DNA of 64,000 nt, taken from positions 5,084,001 to 5,148,000 of the forward strand of contig OZ059895.1 of assembly GCA_964057225.1 (NCBI GenBank). The letters run 5' to 3'. A program made the position numbers and the translations under genes. Positions 13,746-27,783 of this stretch are shown here, piece after piece; the stretch's first letter is position 1, and every line of letters begins with the position of its first letter. The notes below the pieces were generated by a model. That model had not been told where the DNA came from. It worked only from the letters and a program-made list of their open reading frames with translations, and searched no databases. The stretch comes from Auanema rhodensis. Its lineage: Eukaryota > Animalia > Nematoda.

Positions 13746-16700
13746 TTAAGCGTCCACTGATGTAGCACCAGTAGATCGTCGTGCAGGTTTTTCACCCATA
13801 GCTACTCCGCGAGCACGGCATTCTTTCTCTCGAACATCATTCTCGACTTTCATCGCCTATAAGAGATATATTTATTATTTAAAAATAAAAAAAATTACCG
13901 CATCTACAATTCTTTGAACTTCCCGTTCCAATTCTTCTGTGTTTTCATCCGTTTTGCCTTTTCTGCCAGGTCCAGGACGGGGACGTGGTCGTCGACGAGT
14001 CGAGCCATTATGGGTCGTGCTCTCTACAGGATCTGTTTCTACATCAAGTCGGGGGCAAGGAATACCAGCCTAAGTCATTTTGTTTAAATTGTTTATTTTT
14101 GACGCTTACTTCAATTGCACATTGTTGTATAAACCAAGCATATTTATCCTTTTCACTTTCTGGACAGTCATCAACCACTGTAAACAACTTTGGTATTGAA
14201 CCAAAACATAAAATAAAATCATACTTGCTAATTTATCAAGAAGAAGTTCGCCAAAAGAGATGCTAGATCTAGTTTTGCCTTCAAGACATGCCACTTCTGC
14301 TTCACGCGTAGATACGTTCTGAGTCAGTTCTTTATGCTGCGCAACAATTCGTTTAGAGCTGAAGGATTTAAAAATCATAATTTTTTTTTCCAAAATTAAA
14401 ACTCACTGATGTAAAAGTTCACTAGGAGTCTCAACATGAGCCATTCCTAATTCTTTCAGTCTGCTTCTGAGCATAGAAACACCCATTGACAGCATGCTTT
14501 CGAGATGTGATTCTTTTTCTCGCACCTTATCCACCAATTCGTGATGCCGCATCTTGAAAATATTCTTCATGAGATATATTATTTCAAATAATTCAAATTA
14601 CCGATTGTATTTGAATTGCTTCCGTTAATAAGCGCTTGTATTCCTCAGTGTTCATTTGCTGCATATAATCCACGTACAGTCTTCGTAATTCAACTAGAAG
14701 AGGAAACCATAACTCTGTTATAAGAAAATAACATACTCAGCATCTCATCAAGAGGGTGTTCTGGATCTAAGATTACAGCCCCAGCGGGTAGCGAAGGACC
14801 AGGTGTCACATCGGGTAATGCAGGAGAATCGGGGGGAGCAGTGATAGAAACTTTAACTAAGCCAGCTGTAAAAAGTAATACGTTATTATTCACGTAATGA
14901 ATGAATACCTTCTCCTTCCGATTTTATGGGCTTTTGATTCACAATTTGAGCATGCATAACATCCATACCGACCTGAGCATCTTCAGAAAGACGTGACTTT
15001 ACAGGCTAAAACAAAAACTAAAAACAACAAAAAAAGAAATCTATTACCTTTACTTTTCCTGCGCTCTTCTTCGCAGGAAGTTTGGGAGGCTTTACAATTG
15101 GCAAGTTCTTTTTTTGTTTCTTTGCACCCGGAGGAATATATTCACGATCAGCTTCATTCCATCTAGGACTAGTTGAAGTAGGACTAACTTTTCTCTTTTT
15201 TCGGTCCAAATCATTAACATATTCCTTCCATTTATGACGAGTAGTTGGACCATACCTAGAGAAAGCTTCTTTGTAAAGCAGTTAGCATTATTAAACATAC
15301 GCGCTCTCGTCATCGTAATCGTTTTCAGCTTCAGCAGCTATTTTTTGATCTATCTAAAAATATAAGTCAAATGTACGGATCGAAAAAGCAAGCGTACCAC
15401 CATCTGACTACCTTCCCGACTGCTATGGCTTGATTTGCTGGACATCGAAGCTCGTCGACTATGCTCATTAGAATGAGAGTTCGACTTCGCTCTTTCATAA
15501 AAGTAGGCCTCCAGCTAAAAGCGATTGGATAATATTGAACTAGCAAACTAATTAATCACCTTAGCACGATTTACGGTATGTAGGAAGTAGGGAACATGCT
15601 TGTCCGTCCAAGATGTAGGACATTGTACAGTTTCTAATTCCCTAACGTCAAGAATAGCCTCAACATCTAAATCAGTAATCAACATATATAATAGTTATTG
15701 AAATCATAGTCAAACCACTTAGCAATCTATCATTAATTTCTTTTGTTCCAGTAGCATAGGCTTTCGTAGAAATAATACGTGTTCCATCTTTCATCTCAGC
15801 TAATAATTCTCTCTTAATCCTCTGTTCCAAATCGGGATTGAAAGCATAATTATTAATAAACACTATAGTAGCTTCCTTAAAATTTAAATATTTTCTTTAG
15901 ATAGATTTCTCATACTTTAGTAATGAGATCACGGTACTGTGAATCTAAGAAATCGCCGGTGATTAAATCAAACTGACGGTATTTTTTCTTATACCATCCC
16001 ATCCATCTATGAAATATTATTAGCATTTTATATTTATAACAACAATACCTCTTATATTCACTTTTCATTTTTTGAGCATATCCTGCTGGTACAGTAGCTT
16101 TCTCTATGCCAACAGCTTTGCGAACCTAAAAAGATGAATTAAAAAATTAACGATTTACAGCAACAGACCCGAGTGCCACCAGCTACATACAGCACAAGAT
16201 GACCTACACCCGATCCTAAATCGACAAAAACATCAGATTCTTTGAATTTCAATTGCTCAATAATCTTTTGCATTTGCTCATAGCGTGTCTCTCCGTAAAC
16301 CTGAAGAAAATATTTTAATCAATACTGGTTGTGGAGATATACCTCGGAACTAAAAGGTGCGTAATGGCTGTTTAAACTTTTTACACTTGAAACGGCACTG
16401 AAAATGAATACAAACCGTTAATAAATTTCAAAAAAAGTCCAACCTATTGAAGACAGTACTGCATATATTTGTTAAAAGGGGAACATCAACAACATCCTGG
16501 CTCCAGGAAGGGGCTTCTGGATTCGTGGCTCCTTTCCACTTAAAATGTGAAGTAAAGTGATACGAAATGTATAGTATGATATTTATACCAATTTGGACAT
16601 TGTAGCCGCAGCAGCATTAAACGTATCCAGAATATCTTTAACCTCTTCATAACTTTCCCTATTAACTTTTTCAAGACGTTGTTGGGAGGACACAAAGGCC

Positions 16701-17020
16701 ATTTTTACATTAGAAAATTTTTCCATACATTGACTAAACAAATCAAACTACTATGAAAAGTGATTAAAACGCTTACTGAATAATATCAAAAACAATGTTT
16801 ACTGTGTCAGCATTAGAACCATCAACTTTCCAAGAAAAATATAAAGCCTCTCCTCCAACAACACTGGTCTAGAGAATACAATTTAAAAATTTATATAAAT
16901 ACAAAAGTTGAAGAATATTAATATAAAAGAACCAACCAATTTAAGTTTTTCTTCCCCTGTGGCCAACGATGCTCCACTTGATGGATTCGATGGGGTTCGA
17001 GCAGGCTCTGCTGGTTCCAT
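13746..17020 (-). CDS. DOT1L: Histone H3K79 methyltransferase DOT1L (dot-1.1-like)
   Basis: YAPFSSE|VYGET, DVFVDLGSGVG SAM motif, GIEKA, GDFL, FINNYAF, GTRIISTKAY, SWTDKHVPYF, and a C-terminal coiled coil. TAA at 13746-13748. Confidence 0.93.
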
Positions 17021-18589
17021 ACCTTAATGAATATAGTTAAATTTAATTTGTTTATTCAATAACGCAAAAGTCAATATAAAACTATTATGTAGAAAATATT
17101 AATAAATTGTAACAAAAATAACAAATGTAAATTGATTATTATAAAGCAAGCGTAAGAGGACCTTAATAGAAATTTCATTCCGTTTGGGCCCCTTAGCACA
17201 CAAAATCTTAATGGTTATTTTACAGCTAAAATAAGATAAAGAAGTTTAAGTTTAATAGTATGAAGTTCAGATGTTATATTTTATAGAACAAAATGTGTTT
17301 AAAATGCAATGAAATCGGTAGAAGACGCTTCTTCATCTGAAAAGCTCATACTAGAAAAATCAATTAAGAAATGAGTAAATCCGTAGTATTTGAGATTTCA
17401 ATTTCAATAATGAATATTTTAAAATATAATATTCTGAATATTCCTTAAAACCAGATAAATATCTTTTTATCAGGGTTAATACTTCTTCGCATCCTTAATG
17501 CAGGATACGAGAATTCAACCCTTGTGCTGCTGGCATCAATCCAATTGCACGCGACGCGGCCGCTCGCGGTGGGAGCAGAGCGAATGAGATGCCATTTAGG
17601 TTCATAAGGATGCTATGGGATATTTGGGATAAATTGTGAAAAAAGAGAATCATACAAAAAAGAAGGATATAGTAGCTTTTTCAGTTATCCAAATATTCTA
17701 AGAAGTAGGCTGTTGAGGTGGCCATCAAAAATTTTCAAATTTGGGTTTCCAAATCTCATAAGCCTAATATTTGTTATAAAGTTTAATAAAAAACTAATTT
17801 GTACTATCTCAAAGCAGAATGAATTGTATCATATTAAAGTTTAGTTTTAAGAAGACGTAGAAATTGACTAATAATAGGTTTTTCTCCTGTTGAACTTTTT
17901 TGATTATTAAATTATTTGACAACAATGCGCTATTTATAGTTCGCTTAAAAAAACTGATCTTGGAAGCAAGGTGGCGTGAAAAAAAGTTATGTTCAGAGAA
18001 TTTCCTATTAGAGTTACTTCACTTCAACTCTCGCTTTCCATCTATGTCTCTAGTATACCTAACGCTGTTTCCTGCTAATTGGGTATAGCACAGCTGTCAA
18101 TCATCTATACTTTAGCCAAGAGGAGAATGAAAGTGATAGAGTATGAGGACATTTCTCCAATTACGTAGCTTAGCTTTAGTGTCCATTGAGTTTTCTCCCT
18201 TTTCTTCAACGTTTCTAGTGGTTCAGACTATCTCTGGATATTTTGCCTTTCATTTCTTGATGGTCTCCTTCCCCATTACTTGACTCTCCTTCCTCCTTCC
18301 GTGAATATATATATATGTATATATTTTGCCTACGAATTATCCACCTAAAAAGGCTCTACCTTTTTTTTTCTCTAAATTCTACTGCTGATTCAGTTTTCAA
18401 TGCAAAGGAACATATTATTTTGATTCTATACAAATATCTGTCTGGTTCTGTACTTTGTTGCTCTTCATTATTTCTCTTAGATTTTTCACTTTTGATTTCC
18501 AAAAGCTTTAAGTGATGACCATAATCATCTAAATTCATGTCAGCCTTTTAAATATATAATTGAGTTATTGTTAGAAATGTTTTCATGTG

Positions 18590-18720
18590 AGAAGATTGGC
18601 GTAGAGGTTGCGGGTTAAATTATGATTGAACGTCGTGGGTTCAATTCTCAGCTATGACGAAAGAACTTATCTGCTCTAATGAGACCGAATCATCGTGTGG
18701 AGCGTTCGCACCCGAGCTGC
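18590..18720 (+). mobile_element. tRNA-derived SINE-like relic or pseudo-tRNA
   Basis: A box TGGCGTAGAGG (18597-18607), B box/T-arm GTGGGTTCAATTCTCA (about 18635-18650), no intact acceptor stem, non-tRNA tail. Confidence 0.55.
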
Positions 18721-21700
18721 TTATATTTTTATATATTCACCTGAAACCACTTAAGCAATGCTATCATTTTATGAATGATTTTTTTGCTAAATGAATAAAT
18801 ACTCCCGGTTTCTGCAAGCGGTGTGACTCTTGTTAAATTTGTTTGGATAATTTAAATGAATTTCAAATAAGGAAAATCGAATAAGTAGAAATTCGCTTCA
18901 AAACTGTCATATATATGTACATATATAATTATTATATAATCACAAAATGCAGAAGATCGTTTTGAATTATACTGGTTTGTGCTGCAGATTTCAAGCTGAA
19001 AATATTTTGACGGAATTGAACACAAAAAAATTATAATTTACCATGTGCGGCTCTAGTTTTTGAATATTTTATTCCATTTTCTTGTTTTGACCACTTGGTA
19101 TCAGTTTACGCATTTCGTTCTGACTAGTTTACTTCGTTTCACTGGGAATATAACTTCTTTTTCTGCTATGAGAGCTTATATGTGACATTTCATGATCCTA
19201 CAGAGTGTCTAATCTAATAAATGCATATTCCTTGACTTTTGTAATATCTCTATATTCTTATTCTTCTTCTTTTTGTGGAATTTTTGCAATGAATACTTTT
19301 TGTGAAAATGAATGAAAATTGAATGATTTGATGCAGAAAATAAATTGTTTAGGAGATTCCTCATCTGTACTCTTCTTGTCAACAATTGAAGCTTCACATT
19401 CTCGCACTCATAGTCAACAACCGTTCTGTTTTTGGTTTTATTATGCTTATTTATTTGTTGTCCACCGAATAGATGGATGGACACTCTCTGCCATCTTGAA
19501 CCTTAGCTCTTTCTCATCATCCATTCTCTCTCGGCTATTTAATCTCGTCTTTCTCATACTTTCTCTATTTGGTTTCTGCATATAGCTCTTCCTATCTCGC
19601 CGTTCAAAAAATCCTAACTTGGCTTTAGCTATCAGCGTATTGGTTTCAGGTAGTCTAAGAAAGAATATATCAAGCTCGTTTAATATATGCATATATTATA
19701 TATATACAACATGCACACTTATATATATTATGTGGTTAAATTGTTTCGTAGCCCTCCATTAATTTTACAAAAAAGTTATGCTAATTTTTCATTAGATATA
19801 TGAAAAAATTTTTCAATATATATATGTGCAACTTAAGTTTGATTAAATGTTTTATTCTGATGCATTTATTGTCATTATATTTTAATATAATCTCCAATCT
19901 ATATACCAAGAAATAAATAAATTTATAATTATGTATGTATTTATTTGTATTACTCGCTACTTTTATATTTGCTCGATCTATCATTGAAGTTGATGTATAA
20001 AAATGTGTAATTATTAGTAAAAACATATAGTATGGGCTCGCAAATAATTTGTACATGTATGGTAAAAGAAACTTCATATATTTTGATATATTGTAAATCA
20101 TATATATATATATGTATATATATGTATGATCGATAGATCTTTTTTTAAAAAATTTATATCTAAAACTATCCAGAATCTATTGTAAAAGCAGTTGCTTCGA
20201 TTCGATATCAGTCTCCTGCTGCTTATAGTTCACTTCAACTCTAGTTTGTTTTCCATATGCACTCGAAGATCCTTTCGTTCGTATCGCCGCCAATTCCAAA
20301 ATCCTTTTCATTTCACATGAAATAACTTACATTTTAACTAATACATAATATCATCTTCAAATTCATTTTTTCAAGTATGAAAACAGAAAAAAAATTAAAT
20401 TTCTCATAGCTTGAGACCAATTATTTTTCTTATTTTTTGACTTTTCGAGCTTTTCTTTTAGATATCTATTTTTACTATTTATACTATTTTTAAAAATTCA
20501 AATGTAACTATAATAATAGTGGAAAATGTGTGTAAATTAAATGTACACACAATTCAAATCAAGCTTAAGACTTTTATTGAAAAAGCAATTGTTTTTTTTT
20601 TAAATTCTTCTTTTTCTATCGCTCTTTAAGTTATGTGATTGTATTATTAAATGTTCAATAAGGCACAACACTTAACTATTCTTTCCTAGCGTCTGCCAAA
20701 CTTTTTTTTTTCTAAATAAATTTTATATACGTATTTAAATAAATATATTTTTTAAAATTTATTTAAACATTAAAAAAATTTAAATTAAATTTTAGTTTAG
20801 TACTTGTTGCTTGTTCAATTAGTTATTCACATATAGCACAAAATTCACTTATTCATTCTTTAAAGTACAGTATACTAATTACATATGACTAGATAAGTCT
20901 GCGTATGTATTTTGTTCATCAGAAAAAGTGCATCCAATTTCTTTTTTATTTTCATTTTTTTGGTTATTTATTCCCGTTTGATACCCCTATTTGTCAGTTT
21001 TTTTGCATATATTATTGCTTCACCTTATAGTACTTCATGCTCCTCCCGATTTAATAGTATAGTAGCTTACGTCACATCCTTATATCATTCACTCTTTTCT
21101 CTATTTTTTTGCTCATTTAGACATTTCACGGGATTTTTAACATGTTCATGTCGTACTATATGAATAAGCAAACATAACTTTCTCAAAGTATGCAGTCATC
21201 CGTATGGAAATGGTGATCAAACTTCTTTCAGTTATAGAACTTGTTATTCATATTGAAGCATTATTTCAAGATGAAAGTATTCGTTCGACATATGTAGTTA
21301 AATAGAGTGAGATTAATATTCTAGCATACATCGTTAAGATATGAGAGGTTTCAATGTATGTAATTGTTTGATTAATAGTTGACAATTCTTGTCTATTTAT
21401 ATACTTATTTATCTTATTTCTCAAGTATTTAACGATTGTTTTTACATCAGAGAGCAATTAACTGCTCTGATTCGTTTCCTTCATCGTTGTCGTTGACTTC
21501 AGCATAAGTAGCGTGGTATATAGCCATAAATGACTAATGAACAAGCTCATTTCTATAACATATATGACAAAAAATAATCTTATCTTGTTATTTAACAGAT
21601 GATGATTTATTTCAGATAAAAATAGAAACCAACGATTGAATTTGAATGAATGACGCACGTTTGAGAGTAGAACAAGACTTGAAAGAAGCAAAAAAAACTT

Positions 21701-23267
21701 GTAAATTCAGTTATCTATTGAGTGAGGTTATATGATTAAGCCTTGGAAAACATCAATGTTACCATGTGGTGATGCACATGAGATTTCGAACAACTTTCAG
21801 GTTATAGGCAAAGCGTTGTCTTTTTCGTTACTCTATTTCAGAAACATATCTTATAATTCTCTATAACTTCCTCTTCTTTTCGTCTATTTTTTAACTTTTT
21901 TTCTTGTTTCTTTTCTTTCATCTGAGCGCATCATCTTATTTATATTATTTTTCTTTATCCTAATCGAGACAGATCAACATAGATAGATAGAAAGATATTC
22001 TTGTTGGGATGTGCCTGTGTATGTATTTGTGTGCCTGCTCTTTGCTTATTTTCAGCTTCATTGTGTTCAACTCGAATGTTCCTCAATATTCTGTTTTGAC
22101 ATTTCTCTTTTTATTCATTTTGTATCTTAATTTGGTTGAGCAAAAAGCACACATATATATATATGAAGCCATAGATCACATTACTAATATAAAAGGCGTA
22201 GTAGTTTAGTAATTTGTGCTCATGTTATATGTGAATACTTAGCGCCTCTCTATCTGTTTCGCTCTTCTACTTATCCCTTTTCTCTGTCTCCTTGAACTAA
22301 TTGAATTTGTCATCTCATTTGTTACAATTGCTAGATTGTAGTTAGAGTCCTCATCTCGATTTTACCTCAAATACATTTTCATGCAGCTAATGAGGAAGAA
22401 GAAAATTTTTCGATTTCCAAGATGAATCAATTAGAAATATGCAATCATAATGACATAATTAACTAAATTATTGAGGAACATAATTAACAAATTGGTTCTC
22501 TTAGAAAAGAATATTTTGTTCTTTTAGCAAAAAAAACATTCGAAAATTGTGAATTGCTTTAACAATCAAAATACCCTTCTCAAATCCATTTCAAAGAAAA
22601 AGACTGAGCTATATTGCCCTTTTTTCGAATTAAATCGTTTCAACAGAATAAAAAATTTTATGATCTTAAAATCGCAGATAAGACAGCATGAATCTTTCAT
22701 GTAGAATATCGGATGTTAAAGCTTCTCAGTTCAAACAGACAGAATTTTGAAAGATGATTCAGCTCCTTCACCACAGCATCTGCTCAACCCGTTCACTGTT
22801 CGGGGGTAACGGTGAACGGACGGAGCTTCAAAATTAATTCAATTCTTTCAATAATAAGTTTTTTATAACATAAAAAAGAAATTTGAAAAGATACAGTGAA
22901 TATCTAATTATATTCTCACATTTGTTTGTTTTCTGTTTTTTTCCTAATAATTTTTTGTTTTCTTCTCAAATGACCTAGTTAGTTAATGAACATGTTATTG
23001 TTCTTGCCAAGCTGATTCAATTCAAATTGTTTTTTGTTTCTACCAGAAAATCTTCAAACCCAAGCATTTTAGAATAGTTCCCCATTTCTTAATTTTTTTG
23101 TTTCTCATGTTCCTATAATATATTAAAAATTAACTTCTATACCATATCATACAAATTCATTTCTTGTTAATACAACTAAATTTATAATTTCTTTTACTGT
23201 AATATGTTCGTTTGATTTATTTCTGAATGAGTTTACATAAATTTGTGGAATTCGGTGTATGTTTCAG

Positions 23268-26200
23268 ATGTTAGTGTCACTTTCTGATGATGTCATGATG
23301 TCGGAGCAATATGATCTACATCATGTAAGATAGTTACTTATTGATCTTAACTGCAGCGAGAATATAAATGAATAAGAAATGTAAAAAAATGTGTACAAAG
23401 ATATCTCGTATCTTTTTCATTTCAACAAGAAACTTTTTCTATTCTCCATTCCGTTAAATGCCACAATTTGCAAAATTTGCTTCGAATAAAAATTCACATC
23501 AAATGGCACTTTTGCGTGTATAAAGTTGAAAATTGTAGAAATCTATTTACATATTAAGTTTAAATGTTTGCAAACATTTAATAAATTCTATTATTTCAAA
23601 ACAATTTTTTTCAGGATATAGCTCATTTACATCCATCAACTCATTATAGCTCTGGACAAGAAATTGAGGTGTTCTATTAGCTTATCATCTATGTTTTACC
23701 CCAAATTTGAATTCATTAAATGCATTTTTTTGTCTTAAAGCTCAGTGATCAACGGTTTATTTAGATAACACTGGATTCTAAAATAGCTTCCAGTATTCGA
23801 ATTATTGGAAATAGGTCTCGAGGCATTTTCATAGACTATATTAGTGAAGATATACAGGTATTATTATGTTATTATATATAGCTTTTCTAATATTTATTTC
23901 GTTAATTCAGATGTAATATAATATTTTTAGGATAAATGCTGCCTACAATCTGGAGATCAAATTAAGTATTGCAATGATAAAAAATTTGTGGGATTAACAA
24001 CAGAACAGGTAAGTAATACTATTACCACATGTATTTTTAAAAACTTGAAACAACCTAAAATACATGTATGTAGTTAATATTGTTTTTTTGTCTTATAATT
24101 TGTATGTTCAACGTATAAAAAAGACGAACAATGAAAAATCAGATTGTTTTTCATATAATTTGCTTGTGAACAGAAAACTGTGTACGTCACTTTGAAACCA
24201 AATCTTATTTTTGTTTTAATAACAATGAAGATAATACTTGTGGCACCTCTTCTCCCCTATATTTTAATAAGAGCCATTATTATTAATTCTATTTTGGAAT
24301 AGACCTTTTAAAATTTTTGTTTTTCTTCTGATCATTTTCAATAATTTTATATTATATGTATATAAATATAAAAATATATATATATATTGTTTGGCATTCC
24401 TTGTAATTTCTTAAATTTCTGAAATTCAATGCTGCAATAATGCTGAGAAAAAAAAGTAATAACATAAGAAAATTAGTTTTATGTTTAATGGGTTGAGATG
24501 ATATATAATCAGTGTAGGATACTCATGTATTAGATATGTATATATAAAGACAGATAAGACTTATTTAAATAATATTTACTTGAAAAATATACCAAATAGC
24601 TATGTAAAATCATATATAGTACATAATAATATAAATATTGGCATTGGTGTATGCGTAATTTTTAGTTTTTTTTCTTCTTGAGATTATAAATATTTAAAAC
24701 ATTCAATACTTTTCAGGCAGCATCAATTCTACGTTACTCATTGAACCATTGTTGTTCTTTACGACTTTTGATTATCCGCCATGAAAAAGCAGCTGAAATG
24801 ATGCTTTACAGACGAAGTCTAGTGTCTGTTGCCCAGGAACAAGAAGAACAGTGGAGAATAGTATGTTGAATTCAAAAAACAATAGCTAAATAACTCTGGA
24901 AGGAAAAGGAAGAAATTCGAAAGATAGGAAAATAAGGCTTAGAGAAAGAAGAAAGTTAAAGACGCAAAGTATACGAAAAAGAAAATGATTTAACTTAAAT
25001 AAAATAACATGCTTAATTTGATAAAAAAAAATTGTTAAAACAAGAAAATTAATGTTTATAAGTGAAAAGCGAAGGGTTTACTTGAAACATTTTCTAAAGA
25101 GGAATTAAAGAGAAAAATATTCAAATTCAAAATGAAGGTGTTCAGTAAGAGAAATACTAGAAAGACTTTATACATTCATACATAAATATATGTACGAATA
25201 TAAAAATATGTGGACACAAAAGAATTATCTATGTATTTTTTCTTTTTTTCTTTAGGCAAACAGCAACTCGCATCTTCATACAACTGCTTCAATGACCACG
25301 TCAAAATCACTTCCAGCTTTCAATAGGTCCACATACGTTTTTTTTATTCTTGCTAGTTACTTTGGTTTACTTGTGTAGTAAAACTATATAAGATTAATTA
25401 ACTTTCATATTTCTAATTTAAAAGCTTTTGTTTGGATTTTTATACTTAAAATATAACAAATTAACAAAAATAATATATATTACAACTTCTTGTTTCTCTT
25501 CTTCTCGTCTTTGACGTCACAATAATTAGGCTTTCTCTACTTAACTCTAATGCTATCTGATAATTTCTGTTCACAAAATAGAGAAGACGTGAAAAGAGGA
25601 GAAATATTGATGATGTAGCGATTATCATAATTTTTAGATATATTAGTTAAAGAATAAGTTTTATTCTTTGTCTAACTACGTGTTGTTTTTTCTTGTTCAA
25701 GTTAGTTTCTTGTAGCTGGAGTAACTGTCGAAAGCGCGTCTATCATGTGGCTCCTTCAACATCGAGTGCTATGCTGAAAACGTTTGAAATGGTTAGATAT
25801 AGAGTTTTCAAATATACTAACAATAGCTTATTAAACAATTATTTGGGAACTAATAGCTTAATTAACATTTAGCTTCATGTTTCCTTCATTCATTATATAC
25901 ATACATATATATCTCAGTAATTAATATAATTTTCTTCGTTTAGGATGAAGATATAGAACCGTTGACAGAATCTGCTGCTAAAACAAGAAAAGCTTTTAGA
26001 ATATCAAAGTAAGCGAATGAGATATCAAATTGGATTACTCAATTTGTTTTTTTTAGGTCTATTCAAACATTTGACACTTCTGAAATACGAGAGAAGGTAG
26101 TGTGCCCAGTTTGCAACAAAGAAACTCGCTTAGTAAGTGGAATTTCTTATCTTTTCCAAAATTTTATAAGGTTTTGATAAATTTCTTTTAGAAATTTCTT

Positions 26201-26296
26201 CATGTGTGGACTCATAGCTGGATGAGTTCAGCTAGACGCTTTCTTCCCTATTCAAAATCTGAAAGCGCTATTAACACACAATACACTTTACTATAA
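23268..26296 (+). CDS. PDZ domain-containing protein (5' end uncertain, may extend upstream)
   Basis: Spliced ITLDSKIASSIRIIGNRSRGIFIDYISEDIQ|DKCCLQSGDQIKYCNDKKFVGLTTEQ|AASILR...LRLLIIR follows a PDZ fold pattern. The protein ends TQYTLL*. Confidence 0.72.
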
Positions 26297-26429
26297 TTTT
26301 TCTGAAGAATCTCATAAAATCAAATTTTATTCAATAAACTTTATTGTTTTCACAATTCTTGATTAGATTTGATGCCGACATGGAGTAGAGAGATTTTGCG
26401 AGCAAGGACTGTATCTTTTATCCTAACGT

Positions 26430-27783
26430 TCATGCTATTCCCTTTCTAGGCTTGGGACATAAGCAGTACAAAGCATCTTTTCCTTGCTTGCCACTTGGTC
26501 CAGGCTGAAGATTAGCATATTAATTATGAATATTGAAAACGAAAACACTTACTAAACCAACTTGTCCAACTATTCCAGGTGACCCAATTTTACCAGGAGG
26601 TCCCGGAAAACCTCTAACTCCAGGTCTCCCTGGGAGTCCAGGAGGCCCTCTGAAACCCATTTTTCCCGGAGGTCCTTAAAATAAATTAAAATATTACGGA
26701 TATCTAAATAATAACCTTGTTGTCCAGGAGAACCTGGTTGTCCTCTTGGTGCCGGATAAAGCTGACGGAATCCATCATTTCCCGGAGGTCCGTCAGGTCC
26801 AGGCAATCCGGGATAACCTTGAAGTATTTAAATATTTGTGATCTTTTTTCTTAAAATACCTAGAGTTCCTGGATCTCCTGGCGGGCCTGGTGGTCCAGGT
26901 GGTCCAATAATTATATATGAATCAAAGCCAAACTCTCCTGGAGGTCCTGGCGGTCCAGGGGGGCCTGAAAATATATGATCAATGTTCAACAATGGTAAAA
27001 CTCATTGCCTGGTGGTCCCGGCATTCCAGCTGGACATATAATACATTCTAGATCCAAAGCTACGTGAATTCCTGGCTTACCATCAGCTCCATTATCGCCG
27101 TTTTCTCCTGGTTCTGGAATATAAGTCTTAAATAGTCTTGTTATGGTTTTCATATACGGACCACCATCCAACCCTGGTCGACCAGGTGGCCCTGGGGGTC
27201 CTCTTGGGCAAGTTTTTCTATATACAAGTCTGGGTGGTCTAGCGGGGGGTATTTTTGTAATTCTTGAAATAGGAGGAGGGCCGGTAGGGTGTATAACAGG
27301 CTGTGTTGGAGGCGGCAATGGCGGGTTAGCCGATTGAGCTTGAGCTACAGTAACTATAGGATCTGGGTTAATATATTTATTGTTTGATGAATTAAGAACT
27401 CGTGGATTAACATAAGCAGCTCGCCCTAGAGGATGATGCCTCTGATCAAAACGATCACTGAAATGAGAGTGAATAATAAAAAATAGTTTTAAGCTTGAGC
27501 TGACGTAAATCGCTTAGATCTTTGATATAGTGCTTCAGAATTTTCTTTTATGATATCATTCCATGCTTCATTAGTATAGAACTAAAACAATCTTGATAAT
27601 TAGTTATAAAGCTGGAAAAGAAGAAATTATTACCTTGAACTCTATTAAATCTGTCTCAATATCAAGTTGAAGGTTATGAATATCAACAACTATGGAGACT
27701 ATAGTTAAAATACTTGTTATTGTTATTGCGAACGTAACAAACACATAAGCAGAAATAAAATTATCTGTCTTAAAATTAGACAT
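26430..27783 (-). CDS. Nematode cuticle collagen
   Basis: N-terminal TM/Col_cuticle_N region, RSKR furin-type site, interrupted Gly-X-Y blocks, LECIICPAG and terminal YCLCP cysteine motifs. Confidence 0.93.

Noticed and set aside
10581-17020. A single giant DOT1L gene including the Pro-rich exons
   Set aside because: There is an in-frame TAA at 13746-13748 and a separate ATG at 12925.
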